This document shows, in pieces, positions 7,589 to 17,545 of a DNA stretch of 64,000 nucleotides (position 1 is the stretch's first letter; the number at the start of each line of letters is the position of its first letter). The stretch is from assembly GCA_015068305.1 (NCBI GenBank), contig SVKV01000010.1:902-64901 (forward strand). The letters are read 5' to 3'. The notes under the pieces were generated by a model. That model saw only the letters and a list, made by a program, of their open reading frames with translations, had not been told where the DNA came from and did no database searches. Position numbers and translations under genes: made by a program. Origin of the DNA: Oscillospiraceae bacterium. GTDB taxonomy: Bacteria; Bacillota; Clostridia; Oscillospirales; Oscillospiraceae.

Positions 7589-9412
7589 ATGTGCGGAATT
7601 GCCGGTATGATCGGTTTGCCCTCTGATCGGAATATCACGGATAATATGCTCGCTTCAATGAAGCATCGGGGCCCGGATGGGGAAGGTAGGTATCAAAGCG
7701 GGGACTGCTGTCTGCTTCATGTGCGCCTGGCGATCATTGATCCCGATGGCGGCAGACAGCCGATGATGCTCAATTGGGCAGGGGAGCAGTTGGTTCTTGT
7801 ATATAACGGTGAACTTTATAACACAATGGAGCTTCGCCGGGAGCTGATCAGCCTGGGACATACCTTCCGGGGGCATTCCGATACGGAGGTGGTGCTCCAT
7901 GCCTATGCACAGTGGGGAGCGTCATGCCTGGATCGATTCAACGGGATCTTTGCCTTTGCGGTTTGGGAAGACAGAAAAAGAAAACTCTTCCTTGCTCGGG
8001 ACAGGATCGGCGTAAAACCGCTGTTCTACATGAACCGCGGCGGCGGGCTTCTGTTTGCCTCGGAAATCAAGACCATTCTGACCTATCCTGGGGTTAAGCC
8101 TGCGCTTGATGAACAGGGTGCAGCGGAGATTCTGATGCTGGGTCCCGGGCGAACGCCCGGCAGTGGTATATTCCGGGACATTTATGAACTGGAGCCGGGC
8201 TGTTGTGGGGAACTGAAATCGGGTAAGCTGTCGGTGAGAAGATACTGGTATCTGAAGGACCGGGAGCACCGGGAGTCCTTTGACGAAACTGCAGAAACTG
8301 TCCGCTATCTTGTCCGGGATGCGGTTACCCGGCAGATGGTATCGGATGTGCCCGTCGGAACCTTTTTGTCCGGGGGACTGGATTCCAGCCTGATCACAGC
8401 CATCTGCGCCGGAGAAATGGAGAAAAAAGAGGAAAAGCTTCATACCTTCTGTGTCGATTATGAAAACAATGACCGATTCTTTGTTCCCGGGAAGTTCCAG
8501 CCGGATTCGGACGGTGCGTATATCAATTTGATGCAGGAAAAGCTGAATACCTGCCACCATCGGACGGTTTTGACATCGGAGGATCTGATTGCTGCACTGG
8601 AAGATGCCACCCTGGCCCGGGATCTGCCGGGAATGGCGGATGTGGATTTTTCGTTGCTGGCCTTCTGCAGGCGGATCCGCAGTCATGTGAAGGTGGCGCT
8701 GTCAGGGGAGTGTGCAGACGAGATCTTCGGCGGATACCCCTGGTATCGGGATCCGGAAGTGAGAGCCCTGGACGGCTTCCCCTGGGCTCAGAATACGGCG
8801 CAGCGGGCGGATATGATGAGCAGTCAGCTCCGGGACAGGATGAACGGTGAAAGCTTTGTCCGGGACCGGTATCTGCAGACCTGCCGGGAAAGTGACATTC
8901 TTCCGGGAACGACGGCAGAGGAACGCCGGATGAAGGAAATGGTAAATCTGAATTTCCGGTGGTTCATGCAGACCCTGCTGGACCGGAAGGACCGGATGAG
9001 CATGTACTGCGGACTGGAAGTGCGGGTGCCCTTCTGCGATTACCGGATCGCGGAGTATCTTTATGGCGTTCCCTGGGCGTACAAGGACCACCGTGGGGTA
9101 GAAAAGGGGCTGCTGCGTACTGCAATGGAAGGATTTCTTCCGGATGAAGTGCTGTGGCGAAAGAAGAGCCCCTATCCGAAAACCTTTGATCCCGGTTATG
9201 GACAGCTGATTGGAGCAAGGCTCCGGTCACTGCTGGAGCAGAAGGATGCACCGATCTGGTATCTGGTTGACCGGCAGGCTGCTGCCCGGCTTCTGACAGC
9301 AGAACACCTCTGGCCCTGGTACGGTCAGCTGATGAAAGGACCCCAGACCATGGCATACCTGCTGCAGATTGATTTCTGGCTGCGGCACTATCAAATTGAG
9401 TTCGTATTCTGA
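7589..9412 (+). CDS. asnB: Asparagine synthase (glutamine-hydrolysing)
   Basis: MCGIAG N-terminal nucleophile, which sets the start at ATG 7589. SGGLDSS PP-loop motif. Length about 607 aa. Confidence 0.9.
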   Translation: MCGIAGMIGLPSDRNITDNMLASMKHRGPDGEGRYQSGDCCLLHVRLAIIDPDGGRQPMMLNWAGEQLVLVYNGELYNTMELRRELISLGHTFRGHSDTEVVLHAYAQWGASCLDRFNGIFAFAVWEDRKRKLFLARDRIGVKPLFYMNRGGGLLFASEIKTILTYPGVKPALDEQGAAEILMLGPGRTPGSGIFRDIYELEPGCCGELKSGKLSVRRYWYLKDREHRESFDETAETVRYLVRDAVTRQMVSDVPVGTFLSGGLDSSLITAICAGEMEKKEEKLHTFCVDYENNDRFFVPGKFQPDSDGAYINLMQEKLNTCHHRTVLTSEDLIAALEDATLARDLPGMADVDFSLLAFCRRIRSHVKVALSGECADEIFGGYPWYRDPEVRALDGFPWAQNTAQRADMMSSQLRDRMNGESFVRDRYLQTCRESDILPGTTAEERRMKEMVNLNFRWFMQTLLDRKDRMSMYCGLEVRVPFCDYRIAEYLYGVPWAYKDHRGVEKGLLRTAMEGFLPDEVLWRKKSPYPKTFDPGYGQLIGARLRSLLEQKDAPIWYLVDRQAAARLLTAEHLWPWYGQLMKGPQTMAYLLQIDFWLRHYQIEFVF

Positions 9413-9422
9413 GAAATGGGAA

Positions 9423-9452
9423 TTGACGATTGGGCAGAAACTGTGGTAAAAT
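9423..9452 (+). promoter_or_regulatory. Sigma-A-like promoter upstream of pyk
   Basis: TTGACG, 18-nt spacer containing TGn, then TAAAAT. Confidence 0.5.
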
Positions 9453-9507
9453 AACGCAGTAACATTTGCTGCAAGCAAAGATCAGGTAGATTTACAGGAG
9501 GTTTTCC

Positions 9508-10920
9508 ATGAGAAAGACAAAAATCATCTGCACCATCGGCCCTGCCAGCGAGAGTGAGGAAGTACTGTCCCAGATGTTTGCTGCAGGCATGAATGTGGCA
9601 CGTCTGAATTTCTCCCACGGCACCCATGAAGAGCATAAGAAGAAAGTCGAACTGATCAAGCAGGTTCGCGATAAAATGAATCTGTCCATCGCCATCATGC
9701 TGGATACCAAGGGCCCCGAATACCGGATCCGTACCTTCAAGGACGGCAAGGTAACGGTGAAGGAAGGTGATACCTTTACCTTCGTGGCTGAGGAAATTGA
9801 GGGCGATGAGACTAAGGTTACCGTTAATTACAAGCAGCTTGCCAAGGATCTGAACATCGGCGACCGGGTCACGGTCAACAACGGCATGGTTGTTTTCGAG
9901 GTTACCGCTATTTCCGGCGATGATGTGGTCTGTAAGGTCATCACCGGCGGCGTCCTCAGCAATAAGAAGAGCATGAGCTTCCCCAATAAGGTTATGTCCG
10001 GCCCTTATCTGTCCGAACAGGATAAGGCGGACCTTCTCTTTGGCATCCAGCAGGATGTGGACTTTGTGGCAGCTTCCTTCGTGTCCTCGGCTCAGGATGC
10101 CCAGGATATCCGTGATTTCCTGGATGCAAACGGCGGTGAGGACATTGAGATCGTTGCCAAGATCGAGAACCGTGCCGGTGTTGAGAATGTGGAGGAAATC
10201 TGCAAGATCTGCGGCGGCATCATGATCGCCCGCGGCGATCTGGGCGTTGAGATTCCCTTCGTGGAGGTTCCCTCCGTCCAGAAGGAACTGACCAGGAAGT
10301 GCCGGATGCTGGGTAAGCGCGTGATTACCGCCACCGAGATGCTGGAATCCATGATCCAGAATCCCCGTCCCACCAGAGCTGAGATCACCGATATTGCCAA
10401 TGCCGTTTATGACGGAACCTCCTGTGTCATGCTCTCCGGCGAGTCCGCTGCCGGTAAGTATCCCGTGGAGGCAGTCAAGGTCATGGCTGAGATTGCAGAG
10501 TTTACCGAAAAGCACAATGACTACAAGCAGCGGTTCCTGACCACCGAATATGTGGGCAAGAACAACCTGGATAACATCTCCCATGCGGTCTGCTCCATGG
10601 CCATGGACATCAATGCCAAGGCAATCGTGGTCTGCTCCGTATCCGGTAAGACTGCCATGCTGGTTTCCCGGTTCCGGACCCCTGTCAATATCATTGGCAT
10701 GACCACCGATCCCAAGATCTGGCGCCGCCTGTCCATGAGCTGGGGTGTCACGCCGGTTCTGGCGGAAGCATTCCCCAACATGGATGTCATGTTCCATTAT
10801 GCAAAGCTCAATGCGAAGAAGGTTCTGAATCTGCAGCCCGGTGACAACCTGCTGCTGACCGGCGGCCCCATCAACGGCCAGTCCGGCAATACCAACACCA
10901 TCAAGGTGGAAACCATCTGA
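9508..10920 (+). CDS. pyk: Pyruvate kinase
   Basis: MRKTKIICTIGPAS...ARLNFSHG...MLDTKGPE...MIARGDLGVE. SD AGGAGG upstream. Confidence 0.95.
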   Translation: MRKTKIICTIGPASESEEVLSQMFAAGMNVARLNFSHGTHEEHKKKVELIKQVRDKMNLSIAIMLDTKGPEYRIRTFKDGKVTVKEGDTFTFVAEEIEGDETKVTVNYKQLAKDLNIGDRVTVNNGMVVFEVTAISGDDVVCKVITGGVLSNKKSMSFPNKVMSGPYLSEQDKADLLFGIQQDVDFVAASFVSSAQDAQDIRDFLDANGGEDIEIVAKIENRAGVENVEEICKICGGIMIARGDLGVEIPFVEVPSVQKELTRKCRMLGKRVITATEMLESMIQNPRPTRAEITDIANAVYDGTSCVMLSGESAAGKYPVEAVKVMAEIAEFTEKHNDYKQRFLTTEYVGKNNLDNISHAVCSMAMDINAKAIVVCSVSGKTAMLVSRFRTPVNIIGMTTDPKIWRRLSMSWGVTPVLAEAFPNMDVMFHYAKLNAKKVLNLQPGDNLLLTGGPINGQSGNTNTIKVETI

Positions 10921-10930
10921 TCTTAATAAA

Positions 10931-10967
10931 ACTGCCGCCCGTAATTTACGGTGCGGCAGTTTTTTTG
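10931..10967 (+). terminator. Intrinsic terminator of pyk
   Basis: Stem ACTGCCGC/GCGGCAGT extended by CCGTA/TACGG, followed by TTTTTTT. Confidence 0.85.
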
Positions 10968-11079
10968 TACGAGGGAAGTTGCAATTTTTTGGCATTTTTA
11001 CTACATGAAATTCTTCCGATTTTATGCTATAATCACCCATATGGGAAGTGTTTGGCGTTGTAGAAATCGGAGGAATGTC

Positions 11080-11577
11080 ATGTATCAGAGTGGAACATAT
11101 GTGATTTACGGCATTCAGGGCGTGTGCCGTGTGGTAGGGACGGAAGTTCAGCGTGTGAACCGGAAGAAAACCGAATATCTGGTGCTGGAACCTATAGAGA
11201 AAGCAGAGTCCAGGTTCTATGTGCCGACACAGAATCCCGCGGCGCTGGAAAAGCTCAGACCGGTACTTTCTCGGGATGAGATGGCGGAGATCCTGTCATC
11301 TTCGGCTGTCCGCGCCGACTGTTGGATTCCGGAAGAAAATCTGCGCAAGCAGCGCTACCGGGAGCTGGTTTCCGGCGGCGAGAGACTGTCTATTCTTCAG
11401 ATGCTTTGCAGCCTGTACCGCCACAGGGAGGAGCAGCTGTCAGCAGGACGGAAATTTCACCAGTGTGACGATAATTTCCTCCGGGATGCAGAGCGGCTCC
11501 TGTGCATGGAGGTAGCCCTTGTCATGGATATGTCCAACGAGGAGGCCCGGGCCTATCTGCGGCAGCAGCTGAAATAA
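11080..11577 (+). CDS. CarD/CdnL-family transcriptional regulator
   Basis: CarD_CdnL_TRCF-type N-terminus (YVIYGIQGVCRVVG...EYLVLEP...FYVP). SD GGAGG precedes the ATG at 11080. The track ORF extension to 10951 is not supported. Confidence 0.75.
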   Translation: MYQSGTYVIYGIQGVCRVVGTEVQRVNRKKTEYLVLEPIEKAESRFYVPTQNPAALEKLRPVLSRDEMAEILSSSAVRADCWIPEENLRKQRYRELVSGGERLSILQMLCSLYRHREEQLSAGRKFHQCDDNFLRDAERLLCMEVALVMDMSNEEARAYLRQQLK

Positions 11578-11582
11578 GAAAA

Positions 11583-11620
11583 CAGAAAACGGGCAGCAAA
11601 GGCTGCCCGTTCTTTTATTT
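11583..11620. terminator. Bidirectional intrinsic terminator
   Basis: Stem AACGGGCAGC/GCTGCCCGTT with loop AAAG, flanked by A-rich and T-rich runs. It sits between convergent genes. Confidence 0.8.
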
Positions 11621-12250
11621 TGTGATCAAATCGTAAAGCTCATCCATTGTGTGCGCAATTCCGATGGCGCCGGCCTCTTCCATGTCGGACACCTTTCCGT
11701 ATCCCCAGGAAACGCCGATGGTGGGGATGCCGTGGGATTTGGCGCCGATGACATCAAAGGCCGTGTCGCCCACCATCACAGCATCCAGATCCTTGCCGGT
11801 CTGCTCCAGAAGGTAGGCGATGACCAGGGCCTTGGAGTGCCGGGCATGGTCGAAGGAAGCACCGGCAATGATATCAAAGTATTTGGCAAGATCAAAATGC
11901 TCCAGAATATCCACAGAGGTGGTTTCCGGCTTGGAGGTGGCAACATACAGCCTGTGGCCCTCTGCCTTCAGCTTTTCCAGCAGCTCCCGGATTCCGGGGT
12001 AGGGCTTGTTTTCGTATTTGCCGATGGGGATGTAGCGGCTGCGGTAGATTTCGATGGCCTGGTCGACTTCCTCCGCCGGAACGCCGAATTTCAAAAAGGT
12101 TTCTGCCAGGGGCGGTCCCACAAAGACCTGCAGAGAGGATTCATCCGCCACCTCGATGCCGTAATGGCTCAGCGCCAGTCTGGCACAGTTCATGATTCCT
12201 TCGCCGGAATCGGTCAGAGTGCCGTCCAGATCAAATAAAACTGCTTTCAT
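11615..12250 (-). CDS. HAD-family hydrolase (phosphoglycolate-phosphatase-like)
   Basis: MKAVLFDLDGTLTDS motif I, VATSK motif II, VGDTAFD motif IV. Confidence 0.8.
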   Translation of the reverse strand: MKAVLFDLDGTLTDSGEGIMNCARLALSHYGIEVADESSLQVFVGPPLAETFLKFGVPAEEVDQAIEIYRSRYIPIGKYENKPYPGIRELLEKLKAEGHRLYVATSKPETTSVDILEHFDLAKYFDIIAGASFDHARHSKALVIAYLLEQTGKDLDAVMVGDTAFDVIGAKSHGIPTIGVSWGYGKVSDMEEAGAIGIAHTMDELYDLITK

Positions 12251-12261
12251 GTATGTACTCC

Positions 12262-12711
12262 TTATCCCAGGAATTTCGTGATTTTTGCCAGTCGTTCCAC
12301 CACGGCGGAAAGATCCTCGATGGTTTTGTTCAGTGTCTCAAAATTGATGGCATTGAGTTTGCCCATGGTATTTTCGATACCGTCGTGGCTTGCAGACACG
12401 AGCTCATCAATATGGGTCACGACGGAGTCCACATCCACCTTAGCCAGTTCTTCAATTACATCCTCCAGGCCGGAAAGATCCACATCTGCAAGCTCCTCCG
12501 TTACCGTTTCCAGATTGGTCAGAACCACATCTGCCCGTTCTGCCAGGGTCTGGATCTGAGGCATAAATTTGAAACCGAGAATCAGCAAAATCACGCAGCA
12601 GCAGGCTGCGATCACGGAAAACAGGCACTGGAGCCGGGCGTAAAATACCTGCTGCTTGTTTGCTTTTTCCATTTGTTCCAGAAGCTGGGTCATTTTCTGC
12701 TGATTATCCAT
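12262..12711 (-). CDS. Hypothetical membrane-anchored coiled-coil protein
   Basis: SD AGGAGG lies 7 nt before the ATG at 12711. One TM segment (LFSVIAACCCVILLILGF), then an acidic helical repeat region. Confidence 0.55.
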   Translation of the reverse strand: MDNQQKMTQLLEQMEKANKQQVFYARLQCLFSVIAACCCVILLILGFKFMPQIQTLAERADVVLTNLETVTEELADVDLSGLEDVIEELAKVDVDSVVTHIDELVSASHDGIENTMGKLNAINFETLNKTIEDLSAVVERLAKITKFLG

Positions 12712-12852
12712 AAGAAGACCTCCTGTTTGTTTCTTTGCTAATATCATACCATAAATTGGCCCGTAGTAAAGATAAAACATAAAACTTTACAATTCCCCTG
12801 CACCGGTTTTGACAGCATATCTTCCGGGAAACTGATAGGATGAACCGGGGGG

Positions 12853-13830
12853 ATGGATATGAAACAAATCTGGGAAGAAATCGGACTGGCCCTGATCCTG
12901 GGGTTGGTTCTGCCGGGAATTGTGCTTCAGAGCGCCGTTTGGTTTTCGCAGCGCGGTGCGGTGCCGGAAGATCGGCAGGATGAAACCGAAGTCCGGGAAC
13001 CGGAGCATGAAAGGACGGAAATCAAGGTACTCATGGAGGATGGAACCGTTGCGGTCATGGATCTGGAGGAGTACATAACCGGTGTTGTTCTGGCGGAGAT
13101 GCCCGCTTCCTTTGAACCGGAAGCGCTGAAGGCCCAGTCCGTGGTGGCAAGAACCTATGCCCTCCGGGCGAGAAACGGCAAAAGCAAGCATGAAGAGGCT
13201 GCTGTGTGCACGGAGTCTTCCTGCTGCCAGGCTTACCGGTCACCGGATGCGTATCTGCAAAGCGGGGGAACCCGGGAAAACTATGAGAAGATTTCCGATG
13301 CGGCAGTTTCCACTGCAGGCTATGTGCTGCTTTATGAGGGCGAACTGATCGAGGCGACCTATTTTTCCTGCAGCGGCGGCAGCACGGAGGATGCGGTGGC
13401 GGTATGGGGTACGGAGGTGCCCTATCTGGTGGCGACACGGAGCCCGGGTGAGGAGGGGGCGGCCCACTTCGCCGATACGGTTTCTTTTACGCCGTCTGAA
13501 TTCCTGGCTGCCCTTTCTCTGGATACGAAGCTGGAGATGAAGGCATGGTTCGGTCCTGTTACTTACACCGCTGGCGGCGGAATCGCAGAGATTGAAATCT
13601 GCGGAAAGCAGTACACAGGTACCGAACTCAGAAGCCTTCTGGGATTGCGCTCTACGGCTGTCACCTTCACACTGGACGGAGATTCCATCCAGGCCAGGAC
13701 CCGGGGGTTCGGCCACCGGGTGGGGATGAGTCAGTACGGTGCGGATGCCATGGCACTGCAAGGAAGCAGTTATGAAGAAATACTTGCCCATTATTACAGG
13801 GGGACGACCCTGGAAAAGCTGACAGATTGA
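12853..13830 (+). CDS. spoIID: Stage II sporulation protein D
   Basis: SpoIID/LytB signature (YITGVVLAEMPASFEPEALKAQSVVARTYAL...YFSCSGGSTE...GHRVGMSQYGA). Confidence 0.85.
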   Translation: MDMKQIWEEIGLALILGLVLPGIVLQSAVWFSQRGAVPEDRQDETEVREPEHERTEIKVLMEDGTVAVMDLEEYITGVVLAEMPASFEPEALKAQSVVARTYALRARNGKSKHEEAAVCTESSCCQAYRSPDAYLQSGGTRENYEKISDAAVSTAGYVLLYEGELIEATYFSCSGGSTEDAVAVWGTEVPYLVATRSPGEEGAAHFADTVSFTPSEFLAALSLDTKLEMKAWFGPVTYTAGGGIAEIEICGKQYTGTELRSLLGLRSTAVTFTLDGDSIQARTRGFGHRVGMSQYGADAMALQGSSYEEILAHYYRGTTLEKLTD

Positions 13831-13881
13831 CAAAATTTGACGGATGGGCTAGAATGAGAAAAAACTGCGAAGGAGAACGCC

Positions 13882-14817
13882 ATGCCCATCCGAATTCCAA
13901 ACGACCTGCCGGCAACGGAAGTGCTGAAGCAGGAGAATATTTTCGTGATGACCCACACCCGGGCAGTCACCCAGGACATCCGGCCTCTGGAAATCGTGGT
14001 GCTGAATCTGATGCCCACCAAGATCGTGACGGAAACCCAGCTGACCCGCTTGCTCGGCAATACGCCCCTGCAGGTTCATCTGGAGCTGATGCATACCAGT
14101 TCCCACAGGCCGAAAAATGTTGCCCAGGAGCATCTGCTAACCTTCTATAAGACCTTTGATGAGATCAAGGACCGGAAGTTTGACGGCATGGTGATTACCG
14201 GTGCGCCGGTGGAGCTGATGGACTTTGAGGATGTTGACTACTGGGAGGAGCTTTGCCAAATCATGGAGTGGAGCAAGACCCATGTCCATTCCACCTTCCA
14301 TATCTGCTGGGGTGCCCAGGCAGGCCTTTATTATCACTACGGCATCGGCAAGCAGGAACTGCCCCGGAAGCTCTTCGGCGTTTTTCCCCATAAGGCAGAC
14401 TACAAGCGGGCAATCCTGCTCCGGGGTTTTGACGATACCTTCTATGTGCCCCATTCCCGGCATACCACCGTCCGCCGGGAGGACATCGAGGCAGTACCGG
14501 AGCTGAAGATCCTGGCATCCTCGGAAGAAGCCGGCGTTTATGCAGTAATGAACAAGGAAGGCCACCAGATTTTTATCACCGGCCATGCAGAGTATGATCC
14601 CCTTACGTTGGAAACGGAGTATCTCCGGGATAAGAAACAGGGAAAGCCCATTTCGGTGCCTGAGAATTATTACCCCGATGACGACGATACCAGGGAACCC
14701 ATCGTCCGCTGGAGAGGACATGCCAATCTGCTGTTTTCCAATTGGCTGAACTACTTCGTTTACCAGACAACACCCTATGACATCATGAATGTTGGTAAAG
14801 AATCCACCACATTTTGA
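13882..14817 (+). CDS. metA: Homoserine O-acyltransferase (MetA family)
   Basis: [11 protein letters not shown]...NLMP.K..TE.Q..RLL, and catalytic-region ICWGAQ. Confidence 0.9.
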   Translation: MPIRIPNDLPATEVLKQENIFVMTHTRAVTQDIRPLEIVVLNLMPTKIVTETQLTRLLGNTPLQVHLELMHTSSHRPKNVAQEHLLTFYKTFDEIKDRKFDGMVITGAPVELMDFEDVDYWEELCQIMEWSKTHVHSTFHICWGAQAGLYYHYGIGKQELPRKLFGVFPHKADYKRAILLRGFDDTFYVPHSRHTTVRREDIEAVPELKILASSEEAGVYAVMNKEGHQIFITGHAEYDPLTLETEYLRDKKQGKPISVPENYYPDDDDTREPIVRWRGHANLLFSNWLNYFVYQTTPYDIMNVGKESTTF

Positions 14818-14943
14818 GAAACCAACCAACAGTTGAGCGATTCTACTACCAATGGTTGCGGGGTTTCAACTGTGAATATATGGTTTTGCGCTCCTGTTTT
14901 CATTAAAATGAGAGCATCCAAACAAATCAGAAAAGGAGCAATC

Positions 14944-15441
14944 ATGATGAACGAATCAATCGGCAACCGAATTTCGAAATTCCGCAAGGCCAAGGGCCTG
15001 ACCCAGGAAGCTCTTGCAAATCTGATGGGCGTGTCTTCCCAGGCTGTCAGCAAATGGGAGACCGATGCCTCCTGCCCGGATATTGCTGCTTTGCCTCAGC
15101 TGTGCAGAATTCTCGGCATTACTGCGGATGAGCTTCTCACCGGAAAAACCAATGAGGTAAAGCTTCTGCCTGCAGAGGAACGGAAGAGCCTGGATCAACT
15201 GACACTGCGGATTAAGGTGGACAGTGTGGCAGGGGATAAAGTCCGGGTAAATCTTCCCATGAGCCTGGTAAAGGTGGGCCTTGAGATGGGCGTGGATCTG
15301 TCAGGCAACATAAGCGGTGCGGAAAGTCTGAAAAATGTGGACCTGAACAAAGTTCTGGAACTGGCTGAAAGAGGCTTGATCGGCAAGCTGGTGGAGGTCG
15401 AAAGCGCAGAAGGGGACACCGTTGAGGTGGTTGTGGAATGA
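14944..15441 (+). CDS. XRE-family HTH regulator with C-terminal SHOCT-like domain
   Basis: HTH_3 region (IGNRISKFRKAKGLTQEALANLMGVSSQAVSKWE). SD AAAGGAG precedes the ATG at 14944. Confidence 0.75.
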   Translation: MMNESIGNRISKFRKAKGLTQEALANLMGVSSQAVSKWETDASCPDIAALPQLCRILGITADELLTGKTNEVKLLPAEERKSLDQLTLRIKVDSVAGDKVRVNLPMSLVKVGLEMGVDLSGNISGAESLKNVDLNKVLELAERGLIGKLVEVESAEGDTVEVVVE

Positions 15442-15692
15442 GAATTCAAATCAGAGGCGGCGGCCATGATATGAATCTGCGTTTTCCAACCTGGCTGTGC
15501 TTCAGCAGGGCAACTGTCTGGTTTGCAAACCATATCGGCAGAAAGTATGCGGAAGATGCCATGAAGGATATACCCCCGGAGGCGCTGGAAGCGCTTTTTG
15601 CGGAGTTTCGCCGCATTAAGAAAAAGCACGGGTCCTGGGAACTGGTGGATGTGGAATCTTCTTCCGGCGAAAGGGTCAAAGTGATTCTGTAA
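15438..15692 (+). CDS. Hypothetical small protein, translationally coupled to the HTH gene
   Basis: ATG overlaps the upstream stop (ATGA). Its C-terminal ELVDVESSSGERVKVIL echoes the end of the upstream protein (LVEVESAEGDTVEVVVE). Confidence 0.5.
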   Translation: MRIQIRGGGHDMNLRFPTWLCFSRATVWFANHIGRKYAEDAMKDIPPEALEALFAEFRRIKKKHGSWELVDVESSSGERVKVIL

Positions 15693-15807
15693 CTGCATAT
15701 AATGATGGAGCTTCCTTTTTGGGGGCTCCATTTTTATATTGCATCATATACAAATTTATGATAAAATATCCGAAACTGCTTGTGCAAAAATGTGAAGGAG
15801 GAAGCCT

Positions 15808-17511
15808 ATGAAGCTGCGAATTGACGGAAATGAAATCATCGCATCCCAGGGTGCGACACTTTTGGATCTGTTACGTCTGCTTGGACTGGATTGCCCGGAG
15901 CTGTCCCGTCGGCCCCTGGCTGCCAAGATTGCCGGCGAAGTGTTTACGCTGAACTATGTGCCGGTCCGGCAGCAGGAAGATCACCAGGACAGACCGTCCA
16001 TCCGCCGGGCGATGGCTGCCTCCGGCGGCGAAGTCCGGCTGCTGCGCTATGAGGATGCTCCGGGCAGGGAGGCCTATATCCGCACTGCCCAGTTTGTGAT
16101 CTTTCTGGCTATGCGGCAGCTGTGGCCCGATGCGGTGACAAAAATGAATTGCACCGTCGGCTCCAGTGTCTATCTGCAGGTCTCGGGGGTTGCAGACTTC
16201 TCGGTGGACCTTTTAAAAGAACGGATTACATCTCTGGTTGCCCAGGATATTCCGCTGCTGCGCCGCCGTGTGCCGCTGCAGGAGGCAATCGCAAATTACC
16301 GCTGCGACGGTCAGCCGGATAAGGCCCGGCTTCTTTCCTGGCGGAGCTTTGACTATTTCGATGAATATGCTTACGGGGACTTTGCCGATTACTATTATGG
16401 AGAGATGATGCCCTCCACCGGCTATCTGACGGTCTGGGACATCCGGCCTGCCGAGGGCGGTTTTCTCTTCGTGTATCCTGATAATCTGAATCCGGACCGT
16501 GTTGCAAGATTTTTGGAATCTCCGAACTTCTTCCGTGTGTTTTCTGAAGGTGAACGGTGGGGAGAACTGATGGAGTGCGAAACGGTGGCAGATTTGAATG
16601 AACTGACCACCTCCGGCCGGATTCGGGAGCTGATCCGGGTCAATGAAGCGCTTCATGAAAAGCGTTACTCCCAGATTGCAGATATGATCTGCCAGCGGGG
16701 TGCCAGGGCTGTGATGCTGGCGGGCCCCAGTTCCTCCGGAAAGACCACCTCTGCCAACCGATTGGCCATCCAGCTCCGGGTCCATGGCAAAAAGCCTATC
16801 CTCATGAGCCTGGATGACTATTACATTGACCGGGACAAAATTGCGCCGGGTCCCGACGGAAAGCTGGATCTGGAGCATATCAACACGCTGGATGTGGACC
16901 TGTTCCGCTCCGATATGGCGAAACTGCTTCTGGGTGAGGAAGTGGAACTGCCCAGCTTCAATTTCAAGACCGGCCGCCGGGAATGGCGCGGTCACAAGCT
17001 GAGGCTCCACCCGGATTCGGTCATCATTGTGGAAGGACTCCATGGTTTGAATCCTGCGATGCTTCCGGCGCATGTGGAGCCACATCTGATCTTCCGGCTT
17101 TACATCAGCCCCTTGCTTCCGCTGAATCTGGATAATCACAACCGGATCCCCACCAGTTACCTGCGGCTTCTGCGCCGGACGGTGCGGGACTATGAGACCC
17201 GGGGCTCTTCCGTACAGCATACCCTGTCCATGTGGGACAGCGTCAGACGGGGAGAACACCGGTGGATTTTCCCATACCAGGAGAATGCGGATGTGATCTT
17301 TAACAGTTCTACGCTCTACGAGCTGGCAGTGCTGAAAAAGCATATTTTCCCGCTGCTGACAGCCATTGAACCGGAGGATGAATGCTACGATGAGGTTCAG
17401 AATATCGTGAAGATTCTGAACTATGTGGTTGAGGCGGATGTGGATGATGAGATCCCACCTACCAGCCTGGTCCGGGAATTCATCGGCGGCAACAGCTTCT
17501 ACAGAACATAA
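15808..17511 (+). CDS. Uridine-kinase/phosphoribulokinase-family nucleoside kinase with long N-terminal extension (TGS/ThrRS-additional-domain-like)
   Basis: P-loop GPSSSGKTTSANRLA at about residue 305, followed by a Udk-like core (IIVEGLHGLNP). About 300 extra aa at the N-terminus. Confidence 0.7.
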   Translation: MKLRIDGNEIIASQGATLLDLLRLLGLDCPELSRRPLAAKIAGEVFTLNYVPVRQQEDHQDRPSIRRAMAASGGEVRLLRYEDAPGREAYIRTAQFVIFLAMRQLWPDAVTKMNCTVGSSVYLQVSGVADFSVDLLKERITSLVAQDIPLLRRRVPLQEAIANYRCDGQPDKARLLSWRSFDYFDEYAYGDFADYYYGEMMPSTGYLTVWDIRPAEGGFLFVYPDNLNPDRVARFLESPNFFRVFSEGERWGELMECETVADLNELTTSGRIRELIRVNEALHEKRYSQIADMICQRGARAVMLAGPSSSGKTTSANRLAIQLRVHGKKPILMSLDDYYIDRDKIAPGPDGKLDLEHINTLDVDLFRSDMAKLLLGEEVELPSFNFKTGRREWRGHKLRLHPDSVIIVEGLHGLNPAMLPAHVEPHLIFRLYISPLLPLNLDNHNRIPTSYLRLLRRTVRDYETRGSSVQHTLSMWDSVRRGEHRWIFPYQENADVIFNSSTLYELAVLKKHIFPLLTAIEPEDECYDEVQNIVKILNYVVEADVDDEIPPTSLVREFIGGNSFYRT

Positions 17512-17545
17512 AAAATGAGGACTGTTTTTAACAGTCCTCATCATT
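17510..17545. terminator. Bidirectional intrinsic terminator
   Basis: 11-bp stem ATGAGGACTGT/ACAGTCCTCAT with A-run upstream and T-run downstream. It sits between convergent genes. Confidence 0.85.

Noticed and set aside
9391-11040. 549-aa minus-strand ORF antisense to pyk. Similar cases lie at 16213-17610, 46766-48052, 20301-21131 and 26844-27959.
   Set aside because: All lie opposite strongly supported genes, are Gly/His/Gln-rich, and lack SD sequences and family motifs.
12781-12852. Sigma-E-type sporulation promoters upstream of spoIID and spoIIIAA (41465-41510)
   Set aside because: CATA-containing -10-like strings are present (CATATCTT; CATAGGCT). The matches to the sigma-E consensus are too weak to call by eye without a matrix score or TSS data.
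13831-13881. Riboswitch or T-box upstream of metA and asnB, or a preQ1/vitamin riboswitch upstream of the ECF S-component gene (40756-40834)
   Set aside because: The spacers are only about 50-90 nt and contain none of the conserved cores I know for SAM-I, T-box, preQ1, TPP or THF elements.
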